Shown: one piece after another, positions 14,197 to 14,331 of the stretch
Layout: every line of letters begins with the position of its first letter
Numbering within the stretch: position 1 is the stretch's first letter
Source of the DNA: a virus
Taxonomy: Duplodnaviria > Heunggongvirae > Uroviricota > Caudoviricetes
Reading direction: 5' to 3' (one strand)
DNA length: 14,331 nt
Virus record (IMG/VR): IMGVR_UViG_2778261418_000001
Span: 1-14,331 of that record
Notes under the pieces: generated by a model
The model's input: the letters and a program-made list of their open reading frames with translations, nothing else
What the model was told of the DNA's origin: nothing
Databases searched by the model: none
Translations under genes and position numbers: made by a program

Positions 14197-14331
14197 CGTA
14201 ATAGCGGCGATAAGTGGCGGGGCTATTGCTATAGCATCTGTGTTAATCACTGGACCAAGTGGTAACGATGGTCTGGAAGGTGTCAGCTACATACCATACA
14301 AAGATATTGTTGGTGTATGGACTGTATGCCA
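14174..14331 (+). CDS. SAR endolysin (phage 21 R-type lysozyme), 5' part; runs off the window
   Basis: [52 protein letters not shown] closely matches the N-terminus of phage 21 R / DLP12 RrrD as recalled ([57 protein letters not shown]). Overlaps the holin end in another frame. Confidence 0.8.
   Translation, partial: MSPALRNSVIAAISGGAIAIASVLITGPSGNDGLEGVSYIPYKDIVGVWTVC

Noticed and set aside
13975-14250. 91-aa minus-strand ORF
   Set aside because: Antisense to the holin and SAR endolysin, which have strong support.

Overview
This window is the central control region of a lambdoid (lambda/P22/21-like) enterobacterial prophage, in lambda map orientation. Everything below is read from the sequence and compared with protein sequences recalled from memory; no database search was run. 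Left arm, minus strand (pL operon): a cIII-like gene missing from the ORF track, an ERF-type annealing protein, an SSB with a DDSIPF tail, and several small unknown genes, mostly coupled by ATGA overlaps. Immunity region: cI (HTH plus S24 peptidase), divergent cro, cII, with ATAGC-N4-GCTAT operators at both OL and OR. Right arm, plus strand: a T5orf172/GIY-YIG-like moron, O with four ori iterons inside it, a DnaC-like loader, ren, ninB, an HNH-AP2 endonuclease, a Dam-type methyltransferase, ninE, ninF, a Rha/KilAC antirepressor-like gene, ybcO, rusA, ninH, a Q antiterminator, then a putative pR'/tR', two tRNA genes, a second terminator, a dual-start pinholin and the start of a SAR endolysin. 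The most unusual feature is at the N position: only the last ~30 codons of an N-like gene survive, out of frame and without a start, behind an unrecognised 147-aa gene that has its own hairpin-containing leader and terminator. Other accessory candidates are the T5orf172 gene between cII and O, and the unknown 156-aa and 122-aa genes downstream of the N remnant.
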